Shown: positions 10,246 to 21,584, counted from the first letter of the stretch. The stretch is DNA of 64,000 bases from an uncultured Gammaproteobacteria bacterium (GCA_964629685.1 CAZVTT010000002.1:120039-184038), one strand, 5' to 3'. Translations and numbers: made by a program. The notes: generated by a model not told the origin, from the sequence alone.

Positions 10246-11160
10246 TTACTGCGCAGCTTTTTCCAGTAACTGCTTCATGAGAAAGTAATTATCGGCATGG
10301 TTGGTACTTGGTTCGACCAGTGCCCAAACATCCTCGCGATGTAAAAAGGGTTTCACGAGTGCCATCATTTCAGTTTTATTCGGAACGGCCGCATCGGTGT
10401 CCAACAACGGATTATCCAGCTGGTCGTGGAAATCAGTACCGTTATATGGCGGAATAATATAATTTAAATGTAACAGTCGGGTTTGCGGGGCTAATATTTT
10501 TGTAACCGATACCAAATATTCAAGCACTTCGGTGCGGTTATTACTGATAACGGTTGCAGGTGTATGTCCGAAATCGTTAGCTACCCAAATACCTGATTGT
10601 GCCGCTCCAACGACACTATCATTCGGAAGTTCATAAATATCGGTGGGATTGTTCCTGCTTTGCGCACCTTTCCAACCGTTTGTGACGCGTGAAGGGACCG
10701 TTTCAACAGTAAAAACTACGTTTCTGTCGGCGGCATATTCATGTAAGCTTTTTGCCCGTATGATGAATAACTCGTGCGCGGTTTCCAATGCAATGGGTGC
10801 GGATTTAAGTTCAAATTTCTCCCGGGTAAAATCGATAGCCACCAATGCTCGTGATCCCGGATGGATATTCACGTACTGGAAGTTATGGTCTGCTGCAATG
10901 TCTATGGATTGTTTCATTAATTTGAGTGATTGATCCGTGACTGACGCATCGGTATGCGCTATATTTGCCCAGGTGCCGTCAGCTAAGGAACCCCAAAAAT
11001 GTAATCCCACGTCCATCCTGCGCCGTTTCAGTTCCGCAAATAACGGCTCATATTCAGCAGCTTGCGAAATGTTAAACCAAACTTCGCAGAAGGGTGCATT
11101 CGTGGCTTCCAGGTCAGCCATACTGGTAGACTGTAATCCTACTTTTATTCCGAATTTCAT
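10246..11160 (-). CDS. TIM-barrel protein, possibly sugar-phosphate isomerase/epimerase (xylose-isomerase-like fold)
   Basis: Size and an alternating beta/alpha pattern with conserved His/Asp/Glu positions (YVNIHPG, HLNYIIPPYNG). Weak assignment. Confidence 0.3.
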   Translation of the reverse strand: MKFGIKVGLQSTSMADLEATNAPFCEVWFNISQAAEYEPLFAELKRRRMDVGLHFWGSLADGTWANIAHTDASVTDQSLKLMKQSIDIAADHNFQYVNIHPGSRALVAIDFTREKFELKSAPIALETAHELFIIRAKSLHEYAADRNVVFTVETVPSRVTNGWKGAQSRNNPTDIYELPNDSVVGAAQSGIWVANDFGHTPATVISNNRTEVLEYLVSVTKILAPQTRLLHLNYIIPPYNGTDFHDQLDNPLLDTDAAVPNKTEMMALVKPFLHREDVWALVEPSTNHADNYFLMKQLLEKAAQ

Positions 11161-11274
11161 TTTCTCAGTATACCACTACCGTCTTGACAGATATATAAAC
11201 GTCGCACATTATAGTTGTATAGATATTGCATGTATTATTTCTAGATTGAATTTATTAGCATCGTAATCTGCCTT

Positions 11275-12243
11275 ATGGAATTAGAGCAGCTCATAAAAGA
11301 ATTTTTGGAATATTTAGAAATTGAAAGAAATGTCAGTCAGTTGACGATTCGGAATTATAAACACTACCTTCTTAGGTTTTTAGGCTATCTGACGGGCCAA
11401 ACCTCATCCCCCTCCCCTGCTGTAGCCTCAGCGGATACTCCGAAACGTTCGTTTACCGTTTCCGATGTTACGACGGACAAAGTCCGTGAATATCGTTTGT
11501 ATCTGTCCCGTTATGTGGATGAGCATGGCATAAGCCTGAAACGAGTGACACAGAATTATCACTTAATTGCGGTGCGTTCTATGCTCAAGTATGCCGCCAA
11601 GCGGGATCTACAAAGCATCGCACCCGATAAGATTGATTTACCTAAAGCAGAAAGTCATAGCATAAAATTTTTGGAACGCGAACAAATAGAGCGTTTACTC
11701 AATATGCCGGAAATTTCAACACCCGAGGGAATGCGTGACAAAGCTATACTTGAGATGCTTTTTTCTACAGGATTGCGCGTGTCTGAATTGGTTGGTTTAA
11801 ACCGGGAGCAAATAAATATCGACCGCCGGGAGTTCGGCGTGATCGGTAAAGGGCGTCGTGCCCGTGTGGTTTTCCTTTCCGATGCAGCAGCCGACTGGTT
11901 AGAGCGGTATGTGAAGGGCAGAGACGATCATGCGTTACCGTTATTTATCAGGTATAACGGCAAAAAACCGGACGCGAATGATCCTCAGGGCGAATCTTTG
12001 CGGCTCAGCGCCAGGAGTGTCCAGCGAATGGTAGAAAAATATGTAAAGAAAGCCCGCTTACCAATAAAAATAACGCCACATGGTCTACGTCATAGCTTTG
12101 CTACTGATTTGCTTACTGGTGGAGCGGATTTACGGGCAATCCAGGAAATGTTGGGTCATAAAAATGTTTCTACGACACAAATATATACACACGTCACTAA
12201 CCCAAAGTTGCGTGAAATTCACGGAAAGGCCCACCGACAATGA
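11275..12243 (+). CDS. Tyrosine site-specific recombinase, XerC/XerD-like
   Basis: The C-terminal catalytic signature HGLRHSFATDLL...GADLRAIQEMLGH...TQIYTHV contains the R-H-R-Y residues. The N-terminal core-binding domain is Xer-like with a 30-aa Ser/Pro insertion. Confidence 0.85.
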   Translation: MELEQLIKEFLEYLEIERNVSQLTIRNYKHYLLRFLGYLTGQTSSPSPAVASADTPKRSFTVSDVTTDKVREYRLYLSRYVDEHGISLKRVTQNYHLIAVRSMLKYAAKRDLQSIAPDKIDLPKAESHSIKFLEREQIERLLNMPEISTPEGMRDKAILEMLFSTGLRVSELVGLNREQINIDRREFGVIGKGRRARVVFLSDAAADWLERYVKGRDDHALPLFIRYNGKKPDANDPQGESLRLSARSVQRMVEKYVKKARLPIKITPHGLRHSFATDLLTGGADLRAIQEMLGHKNVSTTQIYTHVTNPKLREIHGKAHRQ

Positions 12244-13283
12244 AACGGAATATGAGACTGAAAATAGCAGTTGTATACAATCGGCCACCGCAGCAAAACG
12301 CGGCAGATACATTCATTGCCACGGAAGTAGATACGGAAGAATCCGCTTTGGAGATAGTGTCTATTTTGTGTGAGCACGGCTATCGTGCGTATGCTTTTCC
12401 GGTTACACCGGAATCAATTCAGACCATCAGCAAAATACAGGCGGATTGTATTTTTGACTTAATTGAATGGACGGGAGCAGAATTGGATTCTGGCTTGGCT
12501 GCCGTTCGGGCAATCGAGGCTACCGGTATTCCGTTTACCGGCGCCACCAGTCGGAATTATCATCTCACCTCAGATAAATCGCTCATGAAGCAGGCCTTAT
12601 TGTCAGCGGAGGTACCGGTTCCTCAGGCGCAGCTTTTTACTACAGGGGAAGAAAATCCTGATGCATCTCTTACCTTTCCGCTGATTGTAAAGCCGACATT
12701 GGAGCACTGTAGTATCGGGTTAGATCGGAGTGCCATTGTGCATACTGCGGAGTCGCTGAAATTGCGGGTACGGGAACGTATTCGCACGTTTAAGCAACCG
12801 GTACTCGCCGAAGAATTTATCGTCGGGCGCGAATTTCAGGTGACTACATTGGAAACCGAAGCAGGTATCACGGTACTACCTCCGGCAGAGATCTTGTTCA
12901 CGGCTGGCAGTGAAGATTTTTTAACGTATTCCAGCCGCTGGGATGATCAACATCCCGACTACACTGCTTCAAAAGTGATGATTACTCCGTTGGATGCTCC
13001 ACTTTTACAATCTATTGAAACAATTGCCAAGCGGACGTTTATCGGGTTAGGATTTCGTGACTATAACCGGTTGGATATCCGGGTCCGGGACGATCAGCCG
13101 TATATCCTGGAAGCAAATTCAAATCCGGGTTTAGATGATAACAATGAATATGGACTATCGTTATCATTTCGCGCAGTGGGTATGACGTATGCGGATTTTT
13201 TGCAGGCTATACTCCATTCTGCCATCCGTCGGTTTACGCGGCATGCACCGGCCGCATTACCGGTACAAAGCGTTGGGCTGTAG
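12240..13283 (+). CDS. ATP-grasp enzyme, D-alanine-D-alanine ligase family
   Basis: ATP-grasp motifs LIVKPTLEHCSIGL and EEFIVGREF, and a C-terminal EANSNPGL. ATGA overlap with the recombinase stop. Confidence 0.65.
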   Translation: MKRNMRLKIAVVYNRPPQQNAADTFIATEVDTEESALEIVSILCEHGYRAYAFPVTPESIQTISKIQADCIFDLIEWTGAELDSGLAAVRAIEATGIPFTGATSRNYHLTSDKSLMKQALLSAEVPVPQAQLFTTGEENPDASLTFPLIVKPTLEHCSIGLDRSAIVHTAESLKLRVRERIRTFKQPVLAEEFIVGREFQVTTLETEAGITVLPPAEILFTAGSEDFLTYSSRWDDQHPDYTASKVMITPLDAPLLQSIETIAKRTFIGLGFRDYNRLDIRVRDDQPYILEANSNPGLDDNNEYGLSLSFRAVGMTYADFLQAILHSAIRRFTRHAPAALPVQSVGL

Positions 13284-13857
13284 CGATACGGAATTTGGGT
13301 AAGTGTTTTTCGTCACGGGCGACCACCATCAGTAATTGCGGCTGCCATTTCCGTACTAGTTTAAACCCGTCACTCGTTTTACGGCGTTTCAAATCGAAGT
13401 CAATCCATCGTTTACGGAAATCATTCCAGGCATACGATTTCTTTTTTGCATTTACGCTATCCAGAATCACAATACGGCTTTTACTGGCAAGATAGCTGGA
13501 AACTACTGCCCAATGACCTGATTCTGGTAAGGGTTCCAGATCGTCATCCAGGTCATAAAGATAAGAAACGAGAATGGCCCTATCCTGATTAACTCTATAT
13601 TTCAGTGCGCTTTGTAAATGGTGCAATGTTGCATATTGGACGATCAGTACGGAGTATCCCAGCTTGTTTAATGCTGTGATCATATTATGCGTAGATGTAC
13701 CGTTGCGGTTGGTTTTACACAGGCGCATGAGACTTACGAGTGATTTCTTTTTTCCAAGTATATGTAACGCCAGTTTTACCGCTGCAGGACCGCAGGTGGT
13801 ATCGTCAGGTTGTTGGATGGGTGTTATTTTAGTTCTTCCCATAGGCAGACTCCTCAA
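13234..13857 (-). CDS. Stand-alone papain-like cysteine peptidase, C39-like domain
   Basis: QQPDDTTCGPAAVKLAL places a Gln six residues before the Cys, as in C39 bacteriocin-processing peptidases. A downstream SGHWAVV matches the GHFVV catalytic His motif. No ABC transporter domain is attached. Confidence 0.6.
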   Translation of the reverse strand: MRSLPMGRTKITPIQQPDDTTCGPAAVKLALHILGKKKSLVSLMRLCKTNRNGTSTHNMITALNKLGYSVLIVQYATLHHLQSALKYRVNQDRAILVSYLYDLDDDLEPLPESGHWAVVSSYLASKSRIVILDSVNAKKKSYAWNDFRKRWIDFDLKRRKTSDGFKLVRKWQPQLLMVVARDEKHLPKFRIATAQRFVPVMRPVHAA

Positions 13858-13931
13858 TACTAAGTAAGGGCTTTGGAATAGGACAATTCTACTCTACCCT
13901 CTTAAGGCAATCAAGACCTATAGTAGTAATT

Positions 13932-14678
13932 CTACAATATTTCGTACTGCAGTGTTACCGAAATATTAATTTCGTTGGAGCCTGGCTCGAGCGTAGTCTG
14001 CGTTGCTGCTTTTTCGGCTCCTGCGTCTCTGGCATACATCATTGGCACCGGGCTGAGTAGGCCGCCGAAAGATTCGGAATAGTTTATTATTTTCCCGAGC
14101 TTAAAACCGGCAATTTGTGCTGCCTGTTCCGCTTTGGTTTTGGCCTCAGCCACGGCTTTGTCTCTGGCCTCATTTTCAGCTTTTGTACGGTCATCGACAC
14201 TAAAGGTGACACCGCCTACCTGGTTGGCTCCATTAGCGGTGGCTGCATCAATAACGTCATTCGCCTTGTCCAGGTCCCGTACTTTGATTGTGAGTGATGT
14301 GGAGGCTTGATAGCCGTTTATTTTTTGGGATCCATTGGTATAGTCATAGTTTGGATAAATGGAATATCCGCTGGTCTGAATGTCTTTTGCGTCTATTCCC
14401 AGTTTCTTTATAGCTTCAGATACTGCGCTAATTTTGGTATTAAGCTCGTTTTGAACTTGCTTTACATTGGTTCCGTTTACCTGGACACCGGTGTTTACCA
14501 CCGCTATATCCGGAACGACCGTACTTTTCCCTTCTCCTGAAACCGCAAAAATATCATTTTTCTGCGTTACGGTGCTGGTTACGGCAATAGGCAATGGCCC
14601 TGCTACTTTGGTGTAGAGAAATAAGAGGCCAAAAAAAAGAACAACCGCGGTAGCGGCGGCAGCAACTGATGATTTCAT
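13932..14678 (-). CDS. SIMPL/DUF541-family secreted protein (Omp28-like)
   Basis: Signal/TM N-terminus and the SIMPL-type pattern (YSIYPNYDY...GYQASTSLTIKVRDLDK...). Confidence 0.65.
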   Translation of the reverse strand: MKSSVAAAATAVVLFFGLLFLYTKVAGPLPIAVTSTVTQKNDIFAVSGEGKSTVVPDIAVVNTGVQVNGTNVKQVQNELNTKISAVSEAIKKLGIDAKDIQTSGYSIYPNYDYTNGSQKINGYQASTSLTIKVRDLDKANDVIDAATANGANQVGGVTFSVDDRTKAENEARDKAVAEAKTKAEQAAQIAGFKLGKIINYSESFGGLLSPVPMMYARDAGAEKAATQTTLEPGSNEINISVTLQYEIL

Positions 14679-15544
14679 GGTTTACCTCCCTGTTGTTTGA
14701 TACAAGCCTGTATGACGTTTTCAATTAAACATGCAACGTTAACTGGTCCTACGCCGCCCGGAGTGGGGGTATAGAAGCCGGTTAATGGTCCTACCGACGC
14801 TTCGTTAAAATCACCGTGTAGTTTACCCATTGTATCACGCCAGAGGCCGACGCCAATAATAATGGTCCCCGGTCTAAAATCCGTGGGTTTTATTATGTCC
14901 GCCTTGCCAGCACAGCTGATAATTATGTCCGAGGCATGAAGTATTTCTGCGGTATTGGAGGTACTGCTGTGAATAACGGAAACATCGACTCCCAGCTTCC
15001 TGAAAAGCTGCGCAATGGGTTTTCCGGCAGTTTCACCTCTACCGATTACTGCAATTCGCTGCTGCGTTATCCAGGAGGTAAATGATTTGGATGAAGACAG
15101 GAAATGCGTGTACCCGTATTCCAGTATCTTTACGGTCGCGGCAGCAACGGGAACCGGAAATGCTGAAGCGGGGTTGAATCCGTCTACGTCTTTTTCTGTT
15201 ATGACAGTATCCAAAATAGTGCTGACATCTCCTATTTGTCTGGGTATTGGACGCTGAACAATGACACCATGGACGGTCGGGTCGTGATTAAAGTCGTAAA
15301 TAACATGAGAGATGTTCTCAGGAGTTGCCGTATCAGCTAAGGTGATGAGTCGGAGCTGTGCACCGATAGCCTGTGCGGCTTTTTGTTTTTGTCGGATGTA
15401 TGATACTGAACCCGGATCATCACCCACCAAGAGCACTCCCAGGGTAGGATGAATGTTGTTTGTTGATAGTTTTTGTACGTCTGTGCGTAACGTATCCAGT
15501 ATTGATGCAGCCAGAAGTTTACCGTCGATCATCTGCCCGTTCAT
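14675..15544 (-). CDS. folD: Bifunctional methylenetetrahydrofolate dehydrogenase/methenyl-THF cyclohydrolase
   Basis: The YIRQK, GRGETAGKP and PGGVGPVNVACL motifs. ATGA overlap with the downstream gene. Confidence 0.9.
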   Translation of the reverse strand: MNGQMIDGKLLAASILDTLRTDVQKLSTNNIHPTLGVLLVGDDPGSVSYIRQKQKAAQAIGAQLRLITLADTATPENISHVIYDFNHDPTVHGVIVQRPIPRQIGDVSTILDTVITEKDVDGFNPASAFPVPVAAATVKILEYGYTHFLSSSKSFTSWITQQRIAVIGRGETAGKPIAQLFRKLGVDVSVIHSSTSNTAEILHASDIIISCAGKADIIKPTDFRPGTIIIGVGLWRDTMGKLHGDFNEASVGPLTGFYTPTPGGVGPVNVACLIENVIQACIKQQGGKP

Positions 15545-15582
15545 CCGGTAATCATACCGGTTTTCGCCATACCTGTCGAATG

Positions 15583-16368
15583 TCAGAACAGTGTTGTTAG
15601 CCTGTAAATGAGGTACCCGGCGATATCGCCAATCCGCTTCACCTGACTATCGAATACTTGAAACGGGTTGGTGTTTTCCACAAATGCCTGTGTGGGCGGC
15701 ATATCCGTTTGTATTGTAGTTGTCGGAGAGTCGGCAAACAGTAGAAGTCGTACGTCCGGTATAGTAATACCCGATTGGTAGCTTTTCGCTATATTTGATT
15801 GCGTTCCGACTTTTATTCTATACTCGCCAGTGCTTTCCCTGGGATCGTATACGATGAGAAAATACGGTGTGCCGGCAGTAACCGGTATGGAAGCAGATGA
15901 TCCGGAGAATATAAGTTGTAGTCCCCAAAAATCAAAATAGGCGGTCCGTCGTCCTTTCGGTGAGAGCAGTACGTATTGATCGTAGCCTAACGGAATAGCT
16001 GCAGGCGTCTCCAGCGCTTCTTGTGGAGGGAGATTTTGGCCTACAATAATGACAGTCGGCTTAAAGCTGCCCATGCGGGTTTTTGCCGGTACTACCAATT
16101 CTATGGGTAACGTTTCATCCTGAGCGGGAACAAATGAAAATACATCTACCTCTCCGCTTTCGGATAGCTGACCATACAGCGTAATTCCGGTAACCGTCGG
16201 ATCTCCCAACGGTTGATTTGTCGCATATAACTCAGAAGATGAAAGGGTAAAACTGGCTGTGGTCGTGTGGTTTTCGATGACTGGTTGATTTGCAGATACC
16301 GGTGTCGGGAAAAAGTAAAGTAAGACCAGCAGGCTGGTAATATAAACTAGATTTGAACGCATACGCAT
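15583..16368 (-). CDS. Secreted protein of unknown function
   Basis: Cleavable signal peptide (…PVSA|NQP). No recognisable domain. Confidence 0.45.
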   Translation of the reverse strand: MRMRSNLVYITSLLVLLYFFPTPVSANQPVIENHTTTASFTLSSSELYATNQPLGDPTVTGITLYGQLSESGEVDVFSFVPAQDETLPIELVVPAKTRMGSFKPTVIIVGQNLPPQEALETPAAIPLGYDQYVLLSPKGRRTAYFDFWGLQLIFSGSSASIPVTAGTPYFLIVYDPRESTGEYRIKVGTQSNIAKSYQSGITIPDVRLLLFADSPTTTIQTDMPPTQAFVENTNPFQVFDSQVKRIGDIAGYLIYRLTTLF

Positions 16369-16380
16369 ACCGTTGTTATA

Positions 16381-16854
16381 TCACGTTTTGTTGCGGTAGT
16401 TGTTTTTGAACGATAATATATCCAGTAGTATATCCTGAGCCTGTGACTCCAGTTTCATGCCTTCGTACACGTGTTGAATATATCCCTCGGGGTTTACCAA
16501 ATATGTTTTTCGTAATACTCCCATAAACATTTTCCCCATGAATGTTTTAGGGCCCAGAGCCCCGTAGGCAGCGATGGTGGCTTTATCGGGATCGCTGAGA
16601 AGCGGAAAGTTTAGGGAAAATTTTTCCTTAAATTTCAAATGGGATTTGACGCTGTCCTTGGATATCCCGAGTACGACGACGCCGTTTTCCGTAAGCAGGT
16701 GTATATTGTCCCGGAAGTTGCATGCTTCTATGGTACAGCCCGGTGTGTCATCTTTTGGGTAAAAATATACCACCACCCATTTTCCCGATAGTTCAGATAG
16801 TGTATGCATTGTTCCGGTTTGGTCCGGTAATGAAAAATCCGGTGCTTTTTTCAT
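16381..16854 (-). CDS. bcp: Peroxiredoxin Bcp (thiol peroxidase, AhpC/TSA family)
   Basis: FYPKDDTPGCTIEAC peroxidatic and resolving Cys pair. Confidence 0.9.
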   Translation of the reverse strand: MKKAPDFSLPDQTGTMHTLSELSGKWVVVYFYPKDDTPGCTIEACNFRDNIHLLTENGVVVLGISKDSVKSHLKFKEKFSLNFPLLSDPDKATIAAYGALGPKTFMGKMFMGVLRKTYLVNPEGYIQHVYEGMKLESQAQDILLDILSFKNNYRNKT

Positions 16855-17633
16855 GTTTTTTTACCGGAAAACCAGGGAATGAATACGCTGGTGTGTCGTC
16901 GGTAATCGGAATATGCGGAGTTTCCGTGATATTTTTTTTCAAGCAGCGAGATACCGGATACTTTCAGGAGAAGAATCGTAATTGTAAGCGGTCCGATTAT
17001 TGTGATGAACGGTGCGCCGCCTGACCAGGAGATAAAGAATATGCTCCACCACTGGAGCGTTTCACCGAAATAGTTTGGGTGTCTGGAATATTTCCATAAT
17101 CCGGATGTAAGTACGCTGTCCGGTTTCTTCCGGTGTTGTCTGAATTGCTGTAATTGGTAATCGCTAACGGTTTCAAAAAAGAATCCGATGCACCAAGTGA
17201 TAACGAAAAGTATGTCAATGACGCCGATTGGCGATGGCGGTGTGGTGGCTAATACGATTACCGGTGAAAAAATTATCACCAATAGCAGTGATTGGAATAA
17301 AAAAATCTGGAAGAAACTCCGGAGTATAACTTGTTTTCCCCATTTGTTGCGCAGTGCTTTGTATCGATAATCCTCCCCATGTCCCCGATGTCTGAAGTAA
17401 AGATGAAAACTTAGCCGTAATCCCCATATAAACACCAATCCTCCCGTAAGCAGGAATCTGGGAGTTAATCCCGCAATTGTCGCATAGAGTACTGAATACA
17501 CTACGATATATGCCAGGCCCCATGCTATATCAAAAATGGTATTATCGTCTTTGAGCGTTGCCAGAATAAAGACCAGACTGAGAAAAGTTGTGGAAGCGGT
17601 AAATGCCAGAATAAATGGAGCGATGACGTCCAT
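16851..17633 (-). CDS. DUF1295 / steroid-5-alpha-reductase-like membrane protein
   Basis: RHPNYFGE signature, multi-TM. ATGA overlap with bcp. Confidence 0.7.
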   Translation of the reverse strand: MDVIAPFILAFTASTTFLSLVFILATLKDDNTIFDIAWGLAYIVVYSVLYATIAGLTPRFLLTGGLVFIWGLRLSFHLYFRHRGHGEDYRYKALRNKWGKQVILRSFFQIFLFQSLLLVIIFSPVIVLATTPPSPIGVIDILFVITWCIGFFFETVSDYQLQQFRQHRKKPDSVLTSGLWKYSRHPNYFGETLQWWSIFFISWSGGAPFITIIGPLTITILLLKVSGISLLEKKYHGNSAYSDYRRHTSVFIPWFSGKKT

Positions 17634-17651
17634 GTATTCAGTATACCCTGT

Positions 17652-18503
17652 TTAACTGATGAGCAGGAGTCCGATAAAGGTGAGTATGGCCGCTGTGATC
17701 TTTTTCGGCAAATCCGTCCGTTCATGTAGAAATACAGCAGAAAATAACACAATTAAAATAACGCTACTCACATTAACGGCAGCTACCTGTGATGAGTTTG
17801 GTGCGCTTTGAAGTGCGGAAAAGAAAGCCAGGGAAGATCCGGTATAGAATAGGCACAAAAGCAGTAATTTGGGTAGTAATTTGGCGGTAAAAAGTGACGG
17901 TACTTGCTTGGCATCGTGCGGGCGGAGTACGGCGACTACTATTGTCGGAATCAGGAAAGCCAAAAATACATAAGTAAAAACATTTAGGTGACCGAGTATT
18001 ATTCTGTCATTTGTATTTGCTAACCCAAAACAGGCGGCTGCGCAGATGGCCATCAGTTCCCGGGGGTGAAACGAAAATTTAACCGCTCGCGAATGAACCA
18101 GTATAATTCCCAGAAAAATGCAGGCTGCACCGGTAATTTGCACCAATGTCAGTCCTTCATGTAAAAAAAGTGACGATGCAATAATGGTAAATATGCTGCG
18201 GCTGGCAAACAGAATGGTGAAGCGGGATGCTTCGAGCTGCTTTAATGAACGGAAAATAAATATATTTCCCAGCCCATACAATAATCCCATGACGGCAAGT
18301 TGTAGTACTATAGGTCTTAAGTCGGGAATATGAATTTGTCCTAACGCTGTCCCTATTAGGGCGATGATAACGGCAGTGACTCCCTGAAAAAAAAGCGAGA
18401 CGGCAACAGCGTTTGTATCATTATTGCGCAGCAGGTACCGCTGGAGCAGGGTTGAACAGGAATACAGTACAAGACTGATTATAATTGCGACGTGCCACGG
18501 CAT
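17652..18503 (-). CDS. EamA/DMT-family transporter
   Basis: About 10 TM in a two-repeat organisation typical of EamA. Confidence 0.6.
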   Translation of the reverse strand: MPWHVAIIISLVLYSCSTLLQRYLLRNNDTNAVAVSLFFQGVTAVIIALIGTALGQIHIPDLRPIVLQLAVMGLLYGLGNIFIFRSLKQLEASRFTILFASRSIFTIIASSLFLHEGLTLVQITGAACIFLGIILVHSRAVKFSFHPRELMAICAAACFGLANTNDRIILGHLNVFTYVFLAFLIPTIVVAVLRPHDAKQVPSLFTAKLLPKLLLLCLFYTGSSLAFFSALQSAPNSSQVAAVNVSSVILIVLFSAVFLHERTDLPKKITAAILTFIGLLLIS

Positions 18504-18527
18504 TAGTGGATTATAATGTACCGCAGA

Positions 18528-21044
18528 TTATTTGGAAAGGAAAGTCGCTGCGGCTACAGTATCGCTTTTATCCGCGAACCGCATCAGGATTACACCGCTG
18601 GTGGCTCTCCCTAATCGGGGTACGGAAACTACCGGGAGTTTCACGACCTGTCCTTTGTTTGAAGTCAGGATAACGCTGTCGCAATCGGCCGGGATAATTT
18701 GACTGACCACTACTTTTCCGGTTTTATCTTTTACCTCTGCTACTTTTACTCCCTGGCCGCCGCGTCGTTGCTTTGGGAAATCCTTAATAGCCGTTTTTTT
18801 ACCCAGGCCCTTTTCCATGACGGTGAGGAATTCCGTTTTTTGAGTTTCCGGATTTATCATATCCATGCCGACAATATAATCTTCTTTTCCAAGCAATATA
18901 CCTCTAACTCCCATGGTATCTCTTGCCGTCGGACGTACTTCCCCTTCGCTGAAGCGAATGGATTTACCATCATGTGTTACGAGCAGAATATCGTCGTCAC
19001 CGCTGCTAAGCTTCGCCCAGGATAACTCATCTCCGGCTTCAAGCTTAATGGCGACCAGACCGCTGCGGCGAATGTTTTCATACTCAATTAATTTTGTTTT
19101 CTTTACCGTACCGCGTTTGGTCACCATAATCATGAACATGGTGCCGTGATCCTTTTGTTCTGCGCGTTTCAGACTATACGTAAGCACCGACGTAACACGT
19201 TCTCCCGATTCAATGTTTATCAGATTTACCACCGCTTGGCCTTTGGCCTGTCTGCTCGATTCGGGTATATCCCAAACTCGGACTTGATACACCTTACCGC
19301 GGTCGGTTATGAAGAGCATGTTGTCATGCGTATTGGCGGTAATTATTTTATCTATTCCGTCTTCGTCTTTGGTGGTCATCCCAATGACCCCTTTTCCGCC
19401 GCGTTCCTGCATTTTAAATGTCGTCCGGGGAACACGTTTAATATAGCCCGACTGGCTCATCGTAATAATTATTTCTTCGTTAGGTATGAGTTCTTCGTCG
19501 GAGAATTCTCCTACTTTGCTTTTGAAAACGCGGGTTTTTCGTTGGTCACCGTACTTTTCTTTGAGTTTTACGAGTTCGTCCTGAATTACCTTTAATACTT
19601 TTTCAGGATGAGCTAACAGGTCTTCCAAATACGCGATGGTTTCCCTGATCATTGCCAATTCATCTTCTATTTTTTGTCGTTCCAGTGCCGCTAACCGCCG
19701 TAGCTGCATGTCCAGAATAGCGGTAGATTGGATATCGGAAAGTCCGAACCGGCTCATTAATTTTTTCTTGGCCTCGTCGGCGTCTTTGCTTTTTTTTATG
19801 ATGGCGATGACTTCATCAATGTGGTCAACTGCGATTTTCAGACCTTCTAAAATGTGTTCTCTGGCCTTGGCTTGTTTTAATTCAAACTCGCTCCGTCGGC
19901 GGACAACTTCATGACGGTGTTTGATATATTCTTCCAGTATTGTTTTTAGTCCCAGTGTTTGGGGTGTATCGTCGACCAACGCGACAATATTTACCGGAAA
20001 AGTAGTTTGGAGTGACGTGTGCTTATATAAATTGTTTAATACTTGTTTTGGCCTGGCATCGCGTTTCAGTTCAACCACTACCCGAATGCCGTGACGGTCA
20101 GATTCATCACGCAAATCGGAAATGCCGTCAATTTTCTTTTCCTTAACCAAGTCGGCAATTTTTGTAACCAGTATGGCTTTATTTACCTGGTAGGGTAATT
20201 CCGTAATGATGATGGCTGACTTGCCGGAGCCTATCTCTTCAATTTCCGCTTTCCCGCGCATGACGATTTTACCTTTTCCGGTCGCGTATGCCGTTTTGAT
20301 TTCTTCTTTGTCGTAAATTGCCCCTGCAGTGGGAAAATCCGGCCCTTGGACGCAGGTCATGAGGTCATCCAGCGTTACATCAAAGGTAAATGTAGGTTTG
20401 AGCAGAACGGTTTCCCCTTTTGCTGCTTTTTCTGGCATAACAATCTTTGCCTTGGTAATCATGAGTTGAATGGCATCAATGACTTCCGAAAGATTGTGCG
20501 GGGGAATTTTGGTTGCCATACCTACGGCAATACCCTCCGAGCCCATCAGTAATAAATTGGGTAACTTAGCAGGAAGGTATGTCGGTTCGTCTATTGCGCC
20601 GTCAAAGTTAGGGATAAAGTTAACCGTTTCTTTTTCAATATCCAGTAACATTTCGGCCGCTATTGCCGACAGGCGACATTCCGTATACCGCATGGCGGCG
20701 GGTGGATCACCATCGATAGATCCGTAATTTCCCTGTCCGTCTACCAACTGATAGCGCATGGTAAATTCCTGAGCAAGACGAACAAGTGCTTCGTACACGG
20801 GGCTATCTCCGTGCGGATGGTATTTCCCCAATACTTCTCCGACTACCGATGCGCTTTTTTTATATTTGGCGCTATGGTTAAGTCCCATCTGATGCATGGC
20901 ATAAAGAATCCGGCGGTGTACCGGTTTCATACCGTCCCGGACGTCCGGCAATGCACGGGCTACGATAACCGACATGGCATAGTCCAGATAGGACTTCTGC
21001 ATTTCGGTAACAATTTCGGATGGTTGGATTTTTCCAATATGCAT
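18528..21044 (-). CDS. gyrA: DNA gyrase subunit A
   Basis: [24 protein letters not shown], the active-site AAMRYTE, and C-terminal beta-pinwheel repeats. Confidence 0.95.
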   Translation of the reverse strand: MHIGKIQPSEIVTEMQKSYLDYAMSVIVARALPDVRDGMKPVHRRILYAMHQMGLNHSAKYKKSASVVGEVLGKYHPHGDSPVYEALVRLAQEFTMRYQLVDGQGNYGSIDGDPPAAMRYTECRLSAIAAEMLLDIEKETVNFIPNFDGAIDEPTYLPAKLPNLLLMGSEGIAVGMATKIPPHNLSEVIDAIQLMITKAKIVMPEKAAKGETVLLKPTFTFDVTLDDLMTCVQGPDFPTAGAIYDKEEIKTAYATGKGKIVMRGKAEIEEIGSGKSAIIITELPYQVNKAILVTKIADLVKEKKIDGISDLRDESDRHGIRVVVELKRDARPKQVLNNLYKHTSLQTTFPVNIVALVDDTPQTLGLKTILEEYIKHRHEVVRRRSEFELKQAKAREHILEGLKIAVDHIDEVIAIIKKSKDADEAKKKLMSRFGLSDIQSTAILDMQLRRLAALERQKIEDELAMIRETIAYLEDLLAHPEKVLKVIQDELVKLKEKYGDQRKTRVFKSKVGEFSDEELIPNEEIIITMSQSGYIKRVPRTTFKMQERGGKGVIGMTTKDEDGIDKIITANTHDNMLFITDRGKVYQVRVWDIPESSRQAKGQAVVNLINIESGERVTSVLTYSLKRAEQKDHGTMFMIMVTKRGTVKKTKLIEYENIRRSGLVAIKLEAGDELSWAKLSSGDDDILLVTHDGKSIRFSEGEVRPTARDTMGVRGILLGKEDYIVGMDMINPETQKTEFLTVMEKGLGKKTAIKDFPKQRRGGQGVKVAEVKDKTGKVVVSQIIPADCDSVILTSNKGQVVKLPVVSVPRLGRATSGVILMRFADKSDTVAAATFLSK

Positions 21045-21077
21045 ATATCTCGAGTTAGACTGTTGTAGTAGTCTGAT

Positions 21078-21584
21078 TTACTTTACCATCGCTTTGGTTA
21101 TATCTGCCATGGCATCCGCTTTGCCTTTCCAATTTTTGATTTTTACCCATTTGCCTGGTTCCAATTCTTTGTAATGTTCAAAGAAATGTTTTATTTTGTC
21201 TTTTAGGGATTGCGGCAAATCGGAAATATCCTGCCATACGCCGTAGTACGGGTCAATTTTTTTGGTAGGTACGGCGATAATCTTCGTATCAATCCCCTCT
21301 TCATCTTCCATTTCCAACATACCAATCGGTTGGCAAGGAATGACTGTCCCGGGAGCTACCGATTTACTGGAAGCCACTAAAACATCTACAGGGTCACCGT
21401 CTTCGGCTTTGGTATTGGGTACAAATCCATAATTAAAGGGATAGGAAAAGGCGGTATATAAAAATCTGTCCACGAAAATAACACCGCTTTCTTTATCGAG
21501 TTCGTATTTAATGCTGCTGTCTTGCGGTATTTCGACAAAAACATTTATCTGTTCCGGCGGGTTTTTCCCTGCTGAAAGATTCAT
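21078..21584 (-). CDS. ppa: Inorganic pyrophosphatase (family I)
   Basis: [16 protein letters not shown] and the correct size. Confidence 0.9.
   Translation of the reverse strand: MNLSAGKNPPEQINVFVEIPQDSSIKYELDKESGVIFVDRFLYTAFSYPFNYGFVPNTKAEDGDPVDVLVASSKSVAPGTVIPCQPIGMLEMEDEEGIDTKIIAVPTKKIDPYYGVWQDISDLPQSLKDKIKHFFEHYKELEPGKWVKIKNWKGKADAMADITKAMVK

Noticed and set aside
11161-11274. Possible divergent promoter (TTGACA…CATTAT) between the TIM-barrel gene and the recombinase
   Set aside because: The spacing is plausible but the -10 is weak. I could not distinguish it from chance in AT-rich DNA, so it is not reported as a feature.
19146-19914. Plus-strand ORFs of 149 and 92 aa
   Set aside because: They are antisense to gyrA, whose identity is unambiguous.
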